Positions 26,980-38,119 of a stretch of 64,000 nucleotides of DNA are shown here, piece by piece. Origin of the DNA: Selaginella moellendorffii. Taxonomy: Eukaryota > Plantae > Lycopodiophyta. The notes beneath the pieces were generated by a model. It saw only the letters and a list, made by a program, of their open reading frames with translations, had not been told where the DNA came from and ran no database searches. Position 1 is the first letter of the stretch, and every line of letters begins with the position of its first letter. Both the position numbers and the translations under genes were made by a program. The stretch spans positions 3,771,229 through 3,835,228 of the forward strand of contig NW_003314264.1 in NCBI RefSeq assembly GCF_000143415.4. The letters run 5' to 3'.

Positions 26980-28190
26980 TCAAACCTTTTGCTTCTTGAC
27001 CTGGAACAAAAGCTTAGACACCAAGGCTTCATGTTTTTCTAGACATACCTTTCGTTGTTTCTTCCCATCGGTCTCTTTGATTTGCTCCATCTCGACGACT
27101 TCCTCTTCCTCATCGCGCGTCAATGCGCCTGAAAAGCGCACACCACCCATGAGATTCATCACAAGAAAACCAACGAAGAGCTTGCTTACCAACACCAGCA
27201 CTGAAGCCGACAACGCAGGTGAGACGAGCTCGTGTATCGGCTTGCATTAGCGGCACTGGCTTCCCATCATCTTCTGCCTGTGACACCACTCGCAAATCCC
27301 ACACCTTCACAGTCCCGTCCGAAGAGGCCGAAACCAAAAGCTGGGAATCGCCCAGCCTGTCCACTCCCTTGACACGGCTCGCGTGAGCAGCGGCGATTCT
27401 ATGCGCGGTTTTCCCAGACCGAAAGTCCCACACACTCACGCTGCAGTCTTCTCCTCCTGTGCACAAAAGCTCATCCTGATCAAAAGTCCCAGTCACTAGT
27501 TGCTAAAGAGAAAAAAGAAGAACAAAGAGTTCTATCAAGACTTACGTGAAATGGAGCCATGCACAGCACAGGTTTGTCATGATCCAGCGTCTGGAAAACC
27601 TTCCCATCCTCGGCATTGTGAATCTCCACAGCACTGCCGCACGCCATCGCGTAGCTATGCTCCTTCTCGGGCAAGAAACTCACGAGCGAAGCCTGCCTCG
27701 CGACCTTAGTCTTGAAGCTACACCTCCCCCTGAGCAAGTTCCACATCCGAAAGCCACCGTGTCGCTCCACCGAGATCGCCAGCTTCCCGGAGGAATGAAT
27801 TGAGAGATCCAGGATCCCCGCATTGCCCCCTTTCATCGTCTTGAAGTGGATCCAGCTGCCGGCATCCCACACGCAAATGGTCCCATCCTCGGATGCGCTA
27901 AACAAATGCGATGCCTTCCCGGTGGCGTCGGCGCCGAAGAACTCGAGCGCCGTCACGGACGCCCTGTGCCCCTCCGCCACGCCCACGTCGCGATTGGCGG
28001 CGACGTCGAAGATGTGGATCGTGTCATCCGAGCCGCCAGTGACGAGATCGCCGCCCCATCCCGCGGCGCATTTGATCGGCCCTAGATGCGATGGCCGCGA
28101 GAAGGATTGGGAGAGCTCGCCGGTGGCAAGGTCCGCGTCCCATGCCCAGACGAAGCGCTCGTACGAGCCCGCCACGATCTTCTTCTTCAT
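26980..28190 (-). CDS. PAK1IP1: PAK1IP1/MAK11-like WD40 ribosome biogenesis factor, multi-exon
   Basis: IVAGSYERFVW, TGGSDDTIHIFD, LSIHSSGKLAISV, MWNLLRGR, AHASRVKG, ARLTC. Confidence 0.88.
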
Positions 28191-28269
28191 TCTCTAAACC
28201 CTACTAAAACCCTAAACGCATCTCGTCGCATATTCTACTATTCAAACGAAAACGTTCGGTCGATTCTAA

Positions 28270-30390
28270 ATGAATGACCAGGTGGCCTTACTGAAAGCAT
28301 ATGCCCGGAATGGGCATATTGCACAAGCAGAGAAGATTCTCTATGCAATGCCCGAGTGGAATCTTCTTGCCTGGACCACGCTGCTGGCCGCAAGTGCCCA
28401 GTCTGGGAATCTCAAAGAATGTAAAAGGATCTTTGAGGAGATTCCACGAAGGGACATAGCGCTCTGGAACGTAATGCTTGCAGCATACACCCACACCGGA
28501 AATCTTGGTGAAGCAAAGGTCTTCTTTGATTCTATGCCTTGTTGGAATCTTCTCTCCTGGACGACGCTTCTTGTGGGATATGCCCAAAATGGGTTTGTCA
28601 CACAAGCCCGGAGAATGTTTGACAAGATGACTAACAGAAATCTCGTGACATGGAATGCACTGCTCTGGGCTTACGCTCAAAACGGCGACTTAGGCAGTGC
28701 GACTTCCATCTTTAAAATCATGCCTCAGTACGACATAGTTTCATATAACACAGCTCTTTCGGAAATTGCCCAGAAGGGGCATATTGAAGATACAAAGAAA
28801 CTTTACAATGTATTGCCAGAGTGGAACGTCATTACCTATAACATTATGTTAGCTGCATATGAAACAAAAGGGCTTGTGGATGAACTTGAGAAAATGCTAG
28901 GAGAAATGCCCGAACGAGACCTTGTATCATATACCACACTTTTATCAGCTTATGCCCAAGTGGGGAATGTGAAATACACTCAGCTACTGTTTGATTGCAT
29001 GCCACAACACAATTTAGTGTCATGGAATGTGCTTATGGCTGCTTGTGTCTGTCACGGTGATTTTGGTCTTTGCAAAAGCGTTTTTGATGCAATGCCCGAG
29101 CTGAACTTGGTATCTTGGAACTCAATGGTATCAGCCTATGCAGAAAGTGGTTATCTCATACAGGCAAAACATGTACTATCTGTAATGCCAGCTTGGGACT
29201 GTGTATCGTGGACCACCTTGCTGGTAGCTTATTCCCAATACGGGTATCTTGATATTGCAAAAGCCTTGTTTGACCAGATACCCGAAAAGGATACCATTTG
29301 CTGGAACGCAATGGCGTCTGCATATGTCCAATGCGGGCATCTTCAAGAGGCCAAACAAATGATGGACTTGTGTCCGTATGTACGTGTGGCGTCGTACAAC
29401 ACGGTTCTTGCTGGCTATGCCGGCACCCCTCACATCCTAGAGGCAAAGCAGGTGTTCGATTCCATGCACTACCGCAATCTGGTTTCATGGTTGACAATGC
29501 TGTCGATGTACACACAAAGCGATAGCATCAGAGAGGCCAGGCACCTGTTTGGTGAAATGCCCGAGAGAAACTTGGCCGCGTTCCACATCATACTAGGGGC
29601 ATTTGCCAGAAAGGAACTCCTGGAAGATGCCAAGAGTATCTATGATAAAATTCCCGAGAAGACGATAGAATCGTGGTGTCTACTGGAGGCAGGATTGTCT
29701 CAACACGGGCATTTCATCTGCATAGATTCTCAGTACTTCGAGCAAGTTGACGATGCCGTTCGCAACCATGAGATGTTTAAAGCATATGCCCACATTCGGC
29801 ATCTTCACAAGAGCAAACACCATTTTGATCACTTGCAGACCAGAGATTCCGACACGTGGACGCAGATGCTGGCCGTGTACGGATACAACGGCCAGGTGGC
29901 AGAATCGGAGCGGCTGTTTTCCGCAATGCCCGAGCACGAAGAAGCAAGTTGGAGCACCATGCTTCTAGCATATGCCCAGAATGGGCATTTTGAAAAGGTG
30001 GTGGATTTGTATTACAGACTTGTGATGGTCACGAACCCCCGGCTGGTTTGCTTCGTGTCGGTGTTGGTCGCTTGCAGCCGCAAAGGAGACGTGGAATCTG
30101 GACGGCAGTGCTTTGGCTCGATCAAGTCTGACTTTGGCCTTGACTACTCCAAGCAGCACTACAGTTGCATGCTGGATCTCTTGACGCGAGCTGGGCGGTT
30201 CCAAGACGCGACGGACCTCATCAGCAGCATGCCTTTCGAGCCGAGCGATGTGGAATGGAGATGCCTGCTCGCGGCTTGCAGATGCCGTGGCCACAGCGCG
30301 CTTGAAGCTCGAGGAACAGTGGGAAATGCCCTGGATACAGCATCGACAGACTCGTCGACTTATGTTCTAGCAGCCAGCGTTGTGTTTTGA
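28270..30390 (+). CDS. PLS-class PPR protein (long SS-motif array) with E domain, no DYW
   Basis: 706-aa intronless ORF of ~31-aa repeats, ending HYSCMLDLLTRAG...MPFEP...WRCLLAAC. No evident transit peptide. Confidence 0.9.
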   Translation: MNDQVALLKAYARNGHIAQAEKILYAMPEWNLLAWTTLLAASAQSGNLKECKRIFEEIPRRDIALWNVMLAAYTHTGNLGEAKVFFDSMPCWNLLSWTTLLVGYAQNGFVTQARRMFDKMTNRNLVTWNALLWAYAQNGDLGSATSIFKIMPQYDIVSYNTALSEIAQKGHIEDTKKLYNVLPEWNVITYNIMLAAYETKGLVDELEKMLGEMPERDLVSYTTLLSAYAQVGNVKYTQLLFDCMPQHNLVSWNVLMAACVCHGDFGLCKSVFDAMPELNLVSWNSMVSAYAESGYLIQAKHVLSVMPAWDCVSWTTLLVAYSQYGYLDIAKALFDQIPEKDTICWNAMASAYVQCGHLQEAKQMMDLCPYVRVASYNTVLAGYAGTPHILEAKQVFDSMHYRNLVSWLTMLSMYTQSDSIREARHLFGEMPERNLAAFHIILGAFARKELLEDAKSIYDKIPEKTIESWCLLEAGLSQHGHFICIDSQYFEQVDDAVRNHEMFKAYAHIRHLHKSKHHFDHLQTRDSDTWTQMLAVYGYNGQVAESERLFSAMPEHEEASWSTMLLAYAQNGHFEKVVDLYYRLVMVTNPRLVCFVSVLVACSRKGDVESGRQCFGSIKSDFGLDYSKQHYSCMLDLLTRAGRFQDATDLISSMPFEPSDVEWRCLLAACRCRGHSALEARGTVGNALDTASTDSSTYVLAASVVF

Positions 30391-30876
30391 TGGAGAGCTC
30401 TGGAAACAAAGACAAACACTGTTTGTGTCAGGCATGGACATGAAACAGTGCGCAAAGAGGACGTATCACCCCTTTGAAAGCTCCCCGGAGAAGACCGACA
30501 GGCCAAAACTTTGGTGGTGTTTGAGATTCGCGACACAGCTGAGGTAATCCTTGAGAGTTTTCCATATTTTTGCCGCTATGGCCCTGCTCAACAAGTGATT
30601 ACATGATTGGCATTGTCGATAAAGTCTACCGTAAAACGTGAAAACTCCTCCACGTGGAGGGGCCGGCTCGTCGTCAACACGCTGTTGATCGCCGAATTGA
30701 ATCTTCCGTCCCCTCATCAGTTCATGCTTAAGACCTGAGAAAAGGAAAAATATGGTGCTGGCAGACGCGGCGAGCTTACAAAGACGATTGTCGAGTTAAG
30801 TACCTCTCTCGGTCACAGCTTTAGATTATAGCATGGATAGATTTCTTGAGCCAGCCAACTATCTTCGTCTGAGGCG

Positions 30877-32190
30877 ATGATGCCACCAAGAGCAGAAGAC
30901 AACCGTACTAGATCAATGGCTGCCAGCAGCAGCAAGAAGAGATCCCTGGAACAGAAGAGCGATGAGCAAAACAACTTAGAGTTTGGGAAAAGCATCGACA
31001 CGGACCTCTCTGGTTGCTTCCAAAAGTTCATCGCGAACTCCGTCGACACGGCCGGATCAAGCAGCAGCACCAACTGGGCTCCAGAGCTCCTGCAAGAATG
31101 CGCAAAGGCAGTGGACGAGAAAGATGGCCCGAGAGTCCAGTATCTCATGTGGGTGCTAAACGAGCTCTCCTCTCCATACGGCAACACGGAGCAAAGGCTC
31201 GCGTCGGCATTCCTCCAGGCCCTCTTCGCAAAGCTGACGAGAAGAGGCAGCCAGCACTACCGGAGCCTGTGCAGCGCCGCCGCCAAGAGCCACTCCTTCG
31301 CGTCGATGAAGAAGATGGTGCTCAAGTTCCAGGAGCTGAGCCCCTGGATGACGGTGGGGATGGTGGCGGCCAACGGAGCCATCCTGGAAGCGCTCGAGGG
31401 CGAGCGGAGTGTCCACATTGTGGACGTGAGCAACACCTTTTGTACCCAGTGGCCGACGCTCTTCGAGGCGCTGGCGATGAGAGCCGAGCATCCTCCACAC
31501 CTGCGGGTCACAACGCTGCGTCTTAGCTCCAGAGAGGAGGAAGAGAGCTCCGAGCAAGTCATGAGAGAGATCACTCACCGGCTAGAGAAATTCGCTCGGC
31601 TCATGGGAATCCCCTTCGAGTTCTCGGTGCTCGCCGCCGTGGAGACGGAGGAGATCGATCCGGCAATGCTGGAGACCCGGAGCAACGAGGTGCTCATCGT
31701 GAATGCCATGAATTTCTTCCAGCACCAGCGCCACGGCCGCCCCCTCGCTGTTCTAGCCCGGGCCGTAAACCCGAAGGTCGTGATCGTGGTGGAGGACGAG
31801 GTGGACCTCTCCTCTCCTCAATTCTTGACGCGCTTCGCCGAGGCGCAGCGATTCTACTCCGTGTTCTTCGAATCCCTCGACAGCAGCTTCCCCAGGACGA
31901 GCGGCGAGAGGATGATGCTGGAGCGCGTCGCCGGTAGGCGAATCGTGGCGGCGCTAGGCTGCGATGACGATCCCGCTGCGGGTGCACGGCCGCCAGAAAA
32001 ATGGAACCTGGCGATGCAACGCGAGGCATTCGTGCCCAAGCCCCTGAAATCCGAGGTCGTGGACGACATTCAGGCGCTGCTCAAGCGCTACAAACCTGGA
32101 TGGGGCCTCCGGCGTGGTGACATTGGCCTTTTCTTGACGTGGAAGGAAGAGAACGCCATCGCTGTCACAGTGTGGAAGCAACAGCCCTAG
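30877..32190 (+). CDS. SHR: GRAS transcription factor, SHORT-ROOT subfamily, intronless
   Basis: LMWVLNELSSPYGNTEQRLASAFLQALF, LKFQELSPW, VHIVDVSNTFCTQWPTLFEALA, RLEKFARLMGIPFEF, ESLDSSFPRTSGERMMLE. Confidence 0.9.
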   Translation: MMPPRAEDNRTRSMAASSSKKRSLEQKSDEQNNLEFGKSIDTDLSGCFQKFIANSVDTAGSSSSTNWAPELLQECAKAVDEKDGPRVQYLMWVLNELSSPYGNTEQRLASAFLQALFAKLTRRGSQHYRSLCSAAAKSHSFASMKKMVLKFQELSPWMTVGMVAANGAILEALEGERSVHIVDVSNTFCTQWPTLFEALAMRAEHPPHLRVTTLRLSSREEEESSEQVMREITHRLEKFARLMGIPFEFSVLAAVETEEIDPAMLETRSNEVLIVNAMNFFQHQRHGRPLAVLARAVNPKVVIVVEDEVDLSSPQFLTRFAEAQRFYSVFFESLDSSFPRTSGERMMLERVAGRRIVAALGCDDDPAAGARPPEKWNLAMQREAFVPKPLKSEVVDDIQALLKRYKPGWGLRRGDIGLFLTWKEENAIAVTVWKQQP

Positions 32191-33001
32191 CGCGGGGAAG
32201 AAACCATTTTGAAATATTATTAAATTTTACTTAGTATTCATTTAGAGTTAGCTATTTAATTTATGATTTCTTATATCTAAACACTAAACCTTGATATTCA
32301 TTTATAAACATGTTTATAATTTATAAACTAACCCCTTGAGGTTTGTTGATGGTAAAGAACCGGGAAGAAATGGGAATTTGCAATCCTTGTCCAAGATAGA
32401 GAACTGTCTAAACAAGAACAGAGTATATTTATGTGCTTGATTCACCTAACAATTATATGAAACAGGGTCTCACGAGCCTGGGGAAGGGGAGTACTTGGGT
32501 CCTTTGACTCAGTGATTGTTTTCCTCAATGTATGCTTGCTAGCTTATTCAAGTTTTAACATGCTAATTTGGCTTGCTGTTGCTTGGATCATGTTTATTGA
32601 GCTTTGCATGCTCACTCTCTGTCTGTTAGGTGATGAGGCGATTAGGGCTGACTGACTTTGCCAAGCTGTAAACCCAGACTTGCCAAGTGTTCTTCTAGCT
32701 GGCTGACTAACCATTCCTTGGATTTGGAGAGCCAAGACTAAGGAATGTCTATAGTTATAGGATGAAACTTTAAATGCTTTCATCAGAAAAATAAAAGTAT
32801 TTTGTGCAATGACTTGCAATCTTCCTTCAGAAGTTCTTTTGGGAGCAGCACGCCATTTGCCACATCATCCAATTGGAGGCTAAATTAAAATAAGTTTCAA
32901 CTGTGATGGAGTATGGGGCTTTGGTTTACTTCTAACTACACGAAGTAGTTTTTCTCATTTCCAGCAAACGCTTCACATATAAGATTTTAAAAAAGAGATG
33001 T

Positions 33002-36000
33002 TGTGAGTGCTTGGAATATGGAAAGGGAATATAGAAATGTGTATATTAATTAACCCAAAAACCCTAGTTTATATACAGGAGCGAGTGGTCTAGATTGAAA
33101 CCAATCCGACAGCTACCAAAATCCCACTACACTAATATTAGTATATGGCATCGTAACCGTACACTTGGCCCTCACATCACCCCCTCCTCTCGAAATAATG
33201 GAAGACCATCAGAGTTCTCTTGAAGATGGGCCGGGATCCAGAGGAACGTTAAGAGGAAGCATCGGTGGATCTGTAGGTGGTATTAACTCCTCATGATCCC
33301 TTTGTACGAAGCGTTTCAGCCGCTGCACATGCACAATCTCTGAAGGATTGGCTTGCTGAACATCATGCCGAACCTCATAAACTTGTGGTCCAACTTGCCG
33401 CAACACCTGATACGGTCCTTTCCATTGAGCAAAAAGCCCCTTAGATAAACCATGTACCGTAAGATGGGGAAAACGGATTAACACCAAATCATCCACTTTG
33501 TACTCCGCATGTGGACAATGATGGAAGTTGTAGCGCCGTTGTTGTCCCACTTGTACGCGGCCTAAGTGTTCGGCAGACTCTGCTCGGACAAGTGGAAGAA
33601 TGCTCGTCAAATACTAATCCCATGATCTAGCATCGGCAGCTCGTAGCAATCGCGAAGGTAAACCCAATTCCATTGGTAATATTGGATCATGACCATATAG
33701 GAGTTTATATGGTGAAGTACCAACAGAACTCTGCACCCTTATAACATATGCATACCGAAGAGACAACAAATAACCATCCCAATCCGAATGCTAAAAGTTC
33801 ACATACTTCACAATCATCCCTTTGAATGTCCGAACAAGCCATTCCACCAGACCATCTGATTGTGGATGATAAGCACTCGTGAAAGTGTGGCATATCCCCA
33901 ATCGAGACATCAAAACATGAAATGCCTCAACCATAAATGCGGGACTATTATCTAAAAGAATCCGCTCTGGACAAGAATGCTGGAACACCACTCGATTGAG
34001 GAGGAAGTATCCAACAGTAGTTGCAGAGGCGCTAGCAAGAGCACCAACTTCCACCCAACGAGTCAAGTAGTCAGAAGTAATAATAACATACTCATTGCCA
34101 ACAATCGACTGTGGAAAAGGTCCTATAAGATCAAACGCCACTAACTCAAACGGACGGGAAATCGCAATTGACTCCAACTGTCCTTCCGCAGCACGAGGGG
34201 GAGTATTACAAGCTTGGCACCAAACGCAGCTACGCACATACTGGATAATATCACATCGCATCTCTGGCCAATAGAAAGACCTGTGCAGCTTCTCGGTGAC
34301 ACGACGGTGTCTTATATGCCCACCTAAAATAGGAGAATCATGGTAGGCATGGAGAAACCGCGGAATAAACACCGAAGGCACCACTAGCCGTAAATGATCA
34401 TCAGGATCCGTCCCCACAAAATAAAGAAGGCCATCTTCAAGGCGATATTGAGAATGTAAATGCCGGAAAGGCAAGTCATCAGCAAGTGATGCAAGATTTT
34501 CAAACCCATCTCAAAGCCTTCGAATCCACGGCTCAATCTTTTGAGCCTCGCGAACCTCATCAAGAGAAGGTAGATCTTGCTCTGCACCCTGTGGACACTA
34601 AACGTCAAGGACAGCAACCGCCGACAGCACAGAATCCTCATCTAGAAAATCCACAAATGCTGGAACAATAGGTTCGTCAGAAACATGAGAAGTGAGTGGA
34701 GAAGGAAGAGGAGCTCGAGAAAGGGCATCAGCATCAGCCATAGAACTCCTTGGATGATGAACAACATCAAAATCATATATCTGAAGCTTCAAAGCCCATC
34801 GAGCCATACGACCAACCAGGTTCTTCCGCTTCAATAATGAAGTAACAGCAGCATGGTCACCTTCAAGTAACGTCTGAGAACCATGTAGATATGCATGAAG
34901 TTTCTCGAAACCCCAGATTGCTGCTAAACACTCCTTCTCTGTCGTGGAGTAGTTCATCTCTGCTGGTTGTAATGTACAGCTTATGTATGCAATGGGATGG
35001 CACTGACCAGGCACACTCGAGCTCTCTTGCATCAACACACCTCCAAGACCAATGTCAGAAGCATCCACGCGCAAAATAAAAGGTCGAGTGTAGTCAGGAT
35101 ATGCCAAAACCAGAAGAGTCGTCAATAGCTCTTTGAGATCCACGAACGCCCGCTCACAATCTGGAGACCAGATGAAAGATGATGTTGATGACTTCAGCAA
35201 CGCTTGCAATGGTGTAATGCGATTAGAAAGATGATCCACAAAACGACCGACATATTGCACCTTACCCAAAAAGCGCTACACATCATTCACACACTTCGGA
35301 GTAGGGAAATTTAGAACAGCCCAAGTTGGTCAGGATCAACTTGCAAACCCTCACGAGAAATACAGTACCTAAGATAAGTTGTGTCCTTGGACCCAAACAC
35401 ACACTTTGACAGCTTCAGCTTCAAACCAACGTTGCGTAGCTGATCCAACACTTTACAAACATCACGAACGTGCTCCTCCCACGTCCCCTCCAAGTGGATC
35501 AAGACATCATCAATGAAGTCAGCAGTCACCTCCGGCATATCGCAAAGAACCTCATCCATCATCCGCTAGAAAGTTGCTGGAGCATTGTTCAAACCAAACG
35601 ACATCACCAAGAACTCATACAAACCAAATGGTGTACGAAAAGCAGTCTTAGGAATATCTTCTTCAGCCATTGGTACTTGCCAATACCCAGAAGCAAGATT
35701 TAGCTTGGTGAACCAACGACTTCGCCCCAGATGATCCAAGAGATCAGTAGTGTGAGGAAGAGGATACACATCTGGGATCGTCACTTCGTTTAACGGACGA
35801 TAGTCGATGCAGAAACGAATACTCCCATCAGACTTCGTCACAAGATGAGGTTCACATGCCCAAGGACTCCGTGACTTCCGAATAACACCCTTCTCCAGCA
35901 TTTCCTTGACGTTTGCTCGTAAAATCTTGATCTCCTTAGGTGACCGACAACGAACAGGAACCTTGATTGGACGAGCATCCCCGGTTGGAATCAGATGATG

Positions 36001-38001
36001 TGTGGCAATCTTGGCCCCAGACAATAGGTCAAATTCAAAGAGATCAGAATACTCCTTTATAAGCCAGTCAACTGATGCAACACAAAGATCGTCGGAGGGA
36101 TCGGAAAAGGGAAGAGTAGAACAAGATGGAAACACAGAAAGAAAATGTGGGGGAACAAAAGTAATGGAAGCAGAGGTAGAAGTAAAGGGACGAAGAGGTA
36201 TGGAAGTGAAAGGAATAGATGAAACATAAGGAAGTATGAGACAAGGGGGAGAAGCCTTAAAGTTACACTTGGCATGATTGCGCTGCAACCAATCCATACC
36301 AAGAATGAAGTCAAAAGCTTGACTCGGCACCACCCGCAACGACTGCAACTCAAGCTCGAGATCACCCACACGCACAACCAGGTCCACCTCATCCCGTGCA
36401 CATGCATGTGTATGGCCGTTGCCATAAAGAATGAAAACTGATTCCGCCGCACGACGCAAGTGTAGACGACAACGTGTGGCAACAGGTCGAGCAATAGAAG
36501 ATAAACTCGAACCTGTATCAACCAACATGGGGAGAATAATATAAGACCTTTTGTTATAAAAACGAGCTTGGAAAGTAAACACTGGATGAACTGGTGCCGA
36601 GTGAACCTCTTGATGATACTCCCGAAAGAAAGATGGAGGGGTCACTGATTTATTCGCGCAAGGTCCCTCTGTTACTCGCGCGACTCCTCGTTTCTCGGTG
36701 TCCAGACCTTCCACTGCAGCAGCACCCACGGGACGTTGCTAACGCCAAGGCCTCCACCCAGGAAATGGAGGTTGCCAATCCGGAAAACGACGGCAACGCC
36801 GATAAGTATGACAAACTTCATCACATGCCCAGCAGTGAACATCACGGCCACGACCACGTCCTCACGCTTGTCCTTGGACTCGAGCAGCAGCAGCATCAAC
36901 CTCCATTGGAACAGGACTATCACCCATAGGAAGTGGAGCGGAAGGACATGCAGCGAGAAGTGGAAGAGACGACGTCTCATAACGTTGTGCCAAGCAAAGA
37001 GCATCATCAAGGGTGGCAGGAGCAAGTGCATGCACAAGTCCAACAAGATCTTGACGAAGTGCTAGCCACAACATTCCTAGCTTGATCCGCTCCGACATAT
37101 TTGGCTCCACACGAAGCAAAAGACTTCGGAAACGAACGCCAAATTGCATCACCGACTCAGATGGCCCTTGGCGAAGACGATGCAATTGTTGGAAAGCATC
37201 ATCACAATCATCGGCATGTCCGAAGGCGCGTTTGAAGACGTCCGGGAGAACACTCCAATCCCCATGAGTGGCTGCACTCAAACCATTGTACCACTGCAAT
37301 GCCGTCTCTTGGAGACATGTGAGAAACTCATGCAACCGTCAAGCATCATCCCAAGAATGATATGTGACAATCATCGTAAAGTGATCGAACCAATGGTACA
37401 CATCATCCCCAGGATTTCCGTGAAAGAACTCCGGCCAAACGCGAGGATTGGCACCAAGAGCAGGAGGAGTTGTACCACGTGCCGTGAACACCGCCATCAA
37501 CTAAGTTTGGTTGTTCAATTGCAAGCGCATAGCATCAAGCAATTGTACCAATTGCTGCTCTAGAGTCAAAGGAGGAGATTGCTAATCTGCTATGAAGATG
37601 AACGAAAAAAAAAAAGTAAAAGAAGAGAAATGACAAAAAGCTAGAAGGAAATGGTAAATCTAGACAACACAAAAAGCTAAATCTAAACCAAAACCTTGAA
37701 AAGGAAGAACAAAAGAAAGGAAATGGAAAAAGCTAGATCTAGACGATGCAAAAGCTAAATCTAAACCAAAATCCCAAATCCAAGCACTCCTTAGGGATGA
37801 TCAAAGGTGCCCTTCACCTCCACCAATGTGAGTGCTTGGAATATGGAAAGGGAATACAGAAATGTGCATATTAATTAACCCAAAAACCTTAGTTTATATA
37901 TAGGAGCGAGTGGTCCAGATTGAAACCAATCCAACGGCTACTAAAATCCCACTACGCTAATATTAGTATACGGCATCGTAACCGTACACTTGGCCCTCAC
38001 A
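33002..38001 (-). mobile_element. Full-length but mutated non-chromovirus Ty3/gypsy LTR retrotransposon, 5.0 kb
   Basis: 175-bp LTRs TGTGAG..CTCACA at 33002-33176 and 37827-38001. TSD ATGT. PBS TGGTGGAGGTG at 37815-37825; PPT next to 33177. Order gag (36700-37500), protease VDTGS, RT FIDD, RNase H VDASD, integrase HHCC/DDE with GPY. No chromodomain; several stops and frameshifts. Confidence 0.96.
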
Positions 38002-38119
38002 ATGTAAGTTTATATTTATATTTTATTGAGATTTACTTAATTTTTTTTAGTTTAATAATAAAACTCGTTTCTACGTGTTTTGTAAAGTAGTTCAAACTTA
38101 AATAGACCTTCTTTAAAAT

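Noticed and set aside
25787-26983. 398-aa minus-strand ORF
   Set aside because: Antisense shadow of the GC-rich B3 gene. The same applies to shadows over CaM, SHR and the PPR genes.
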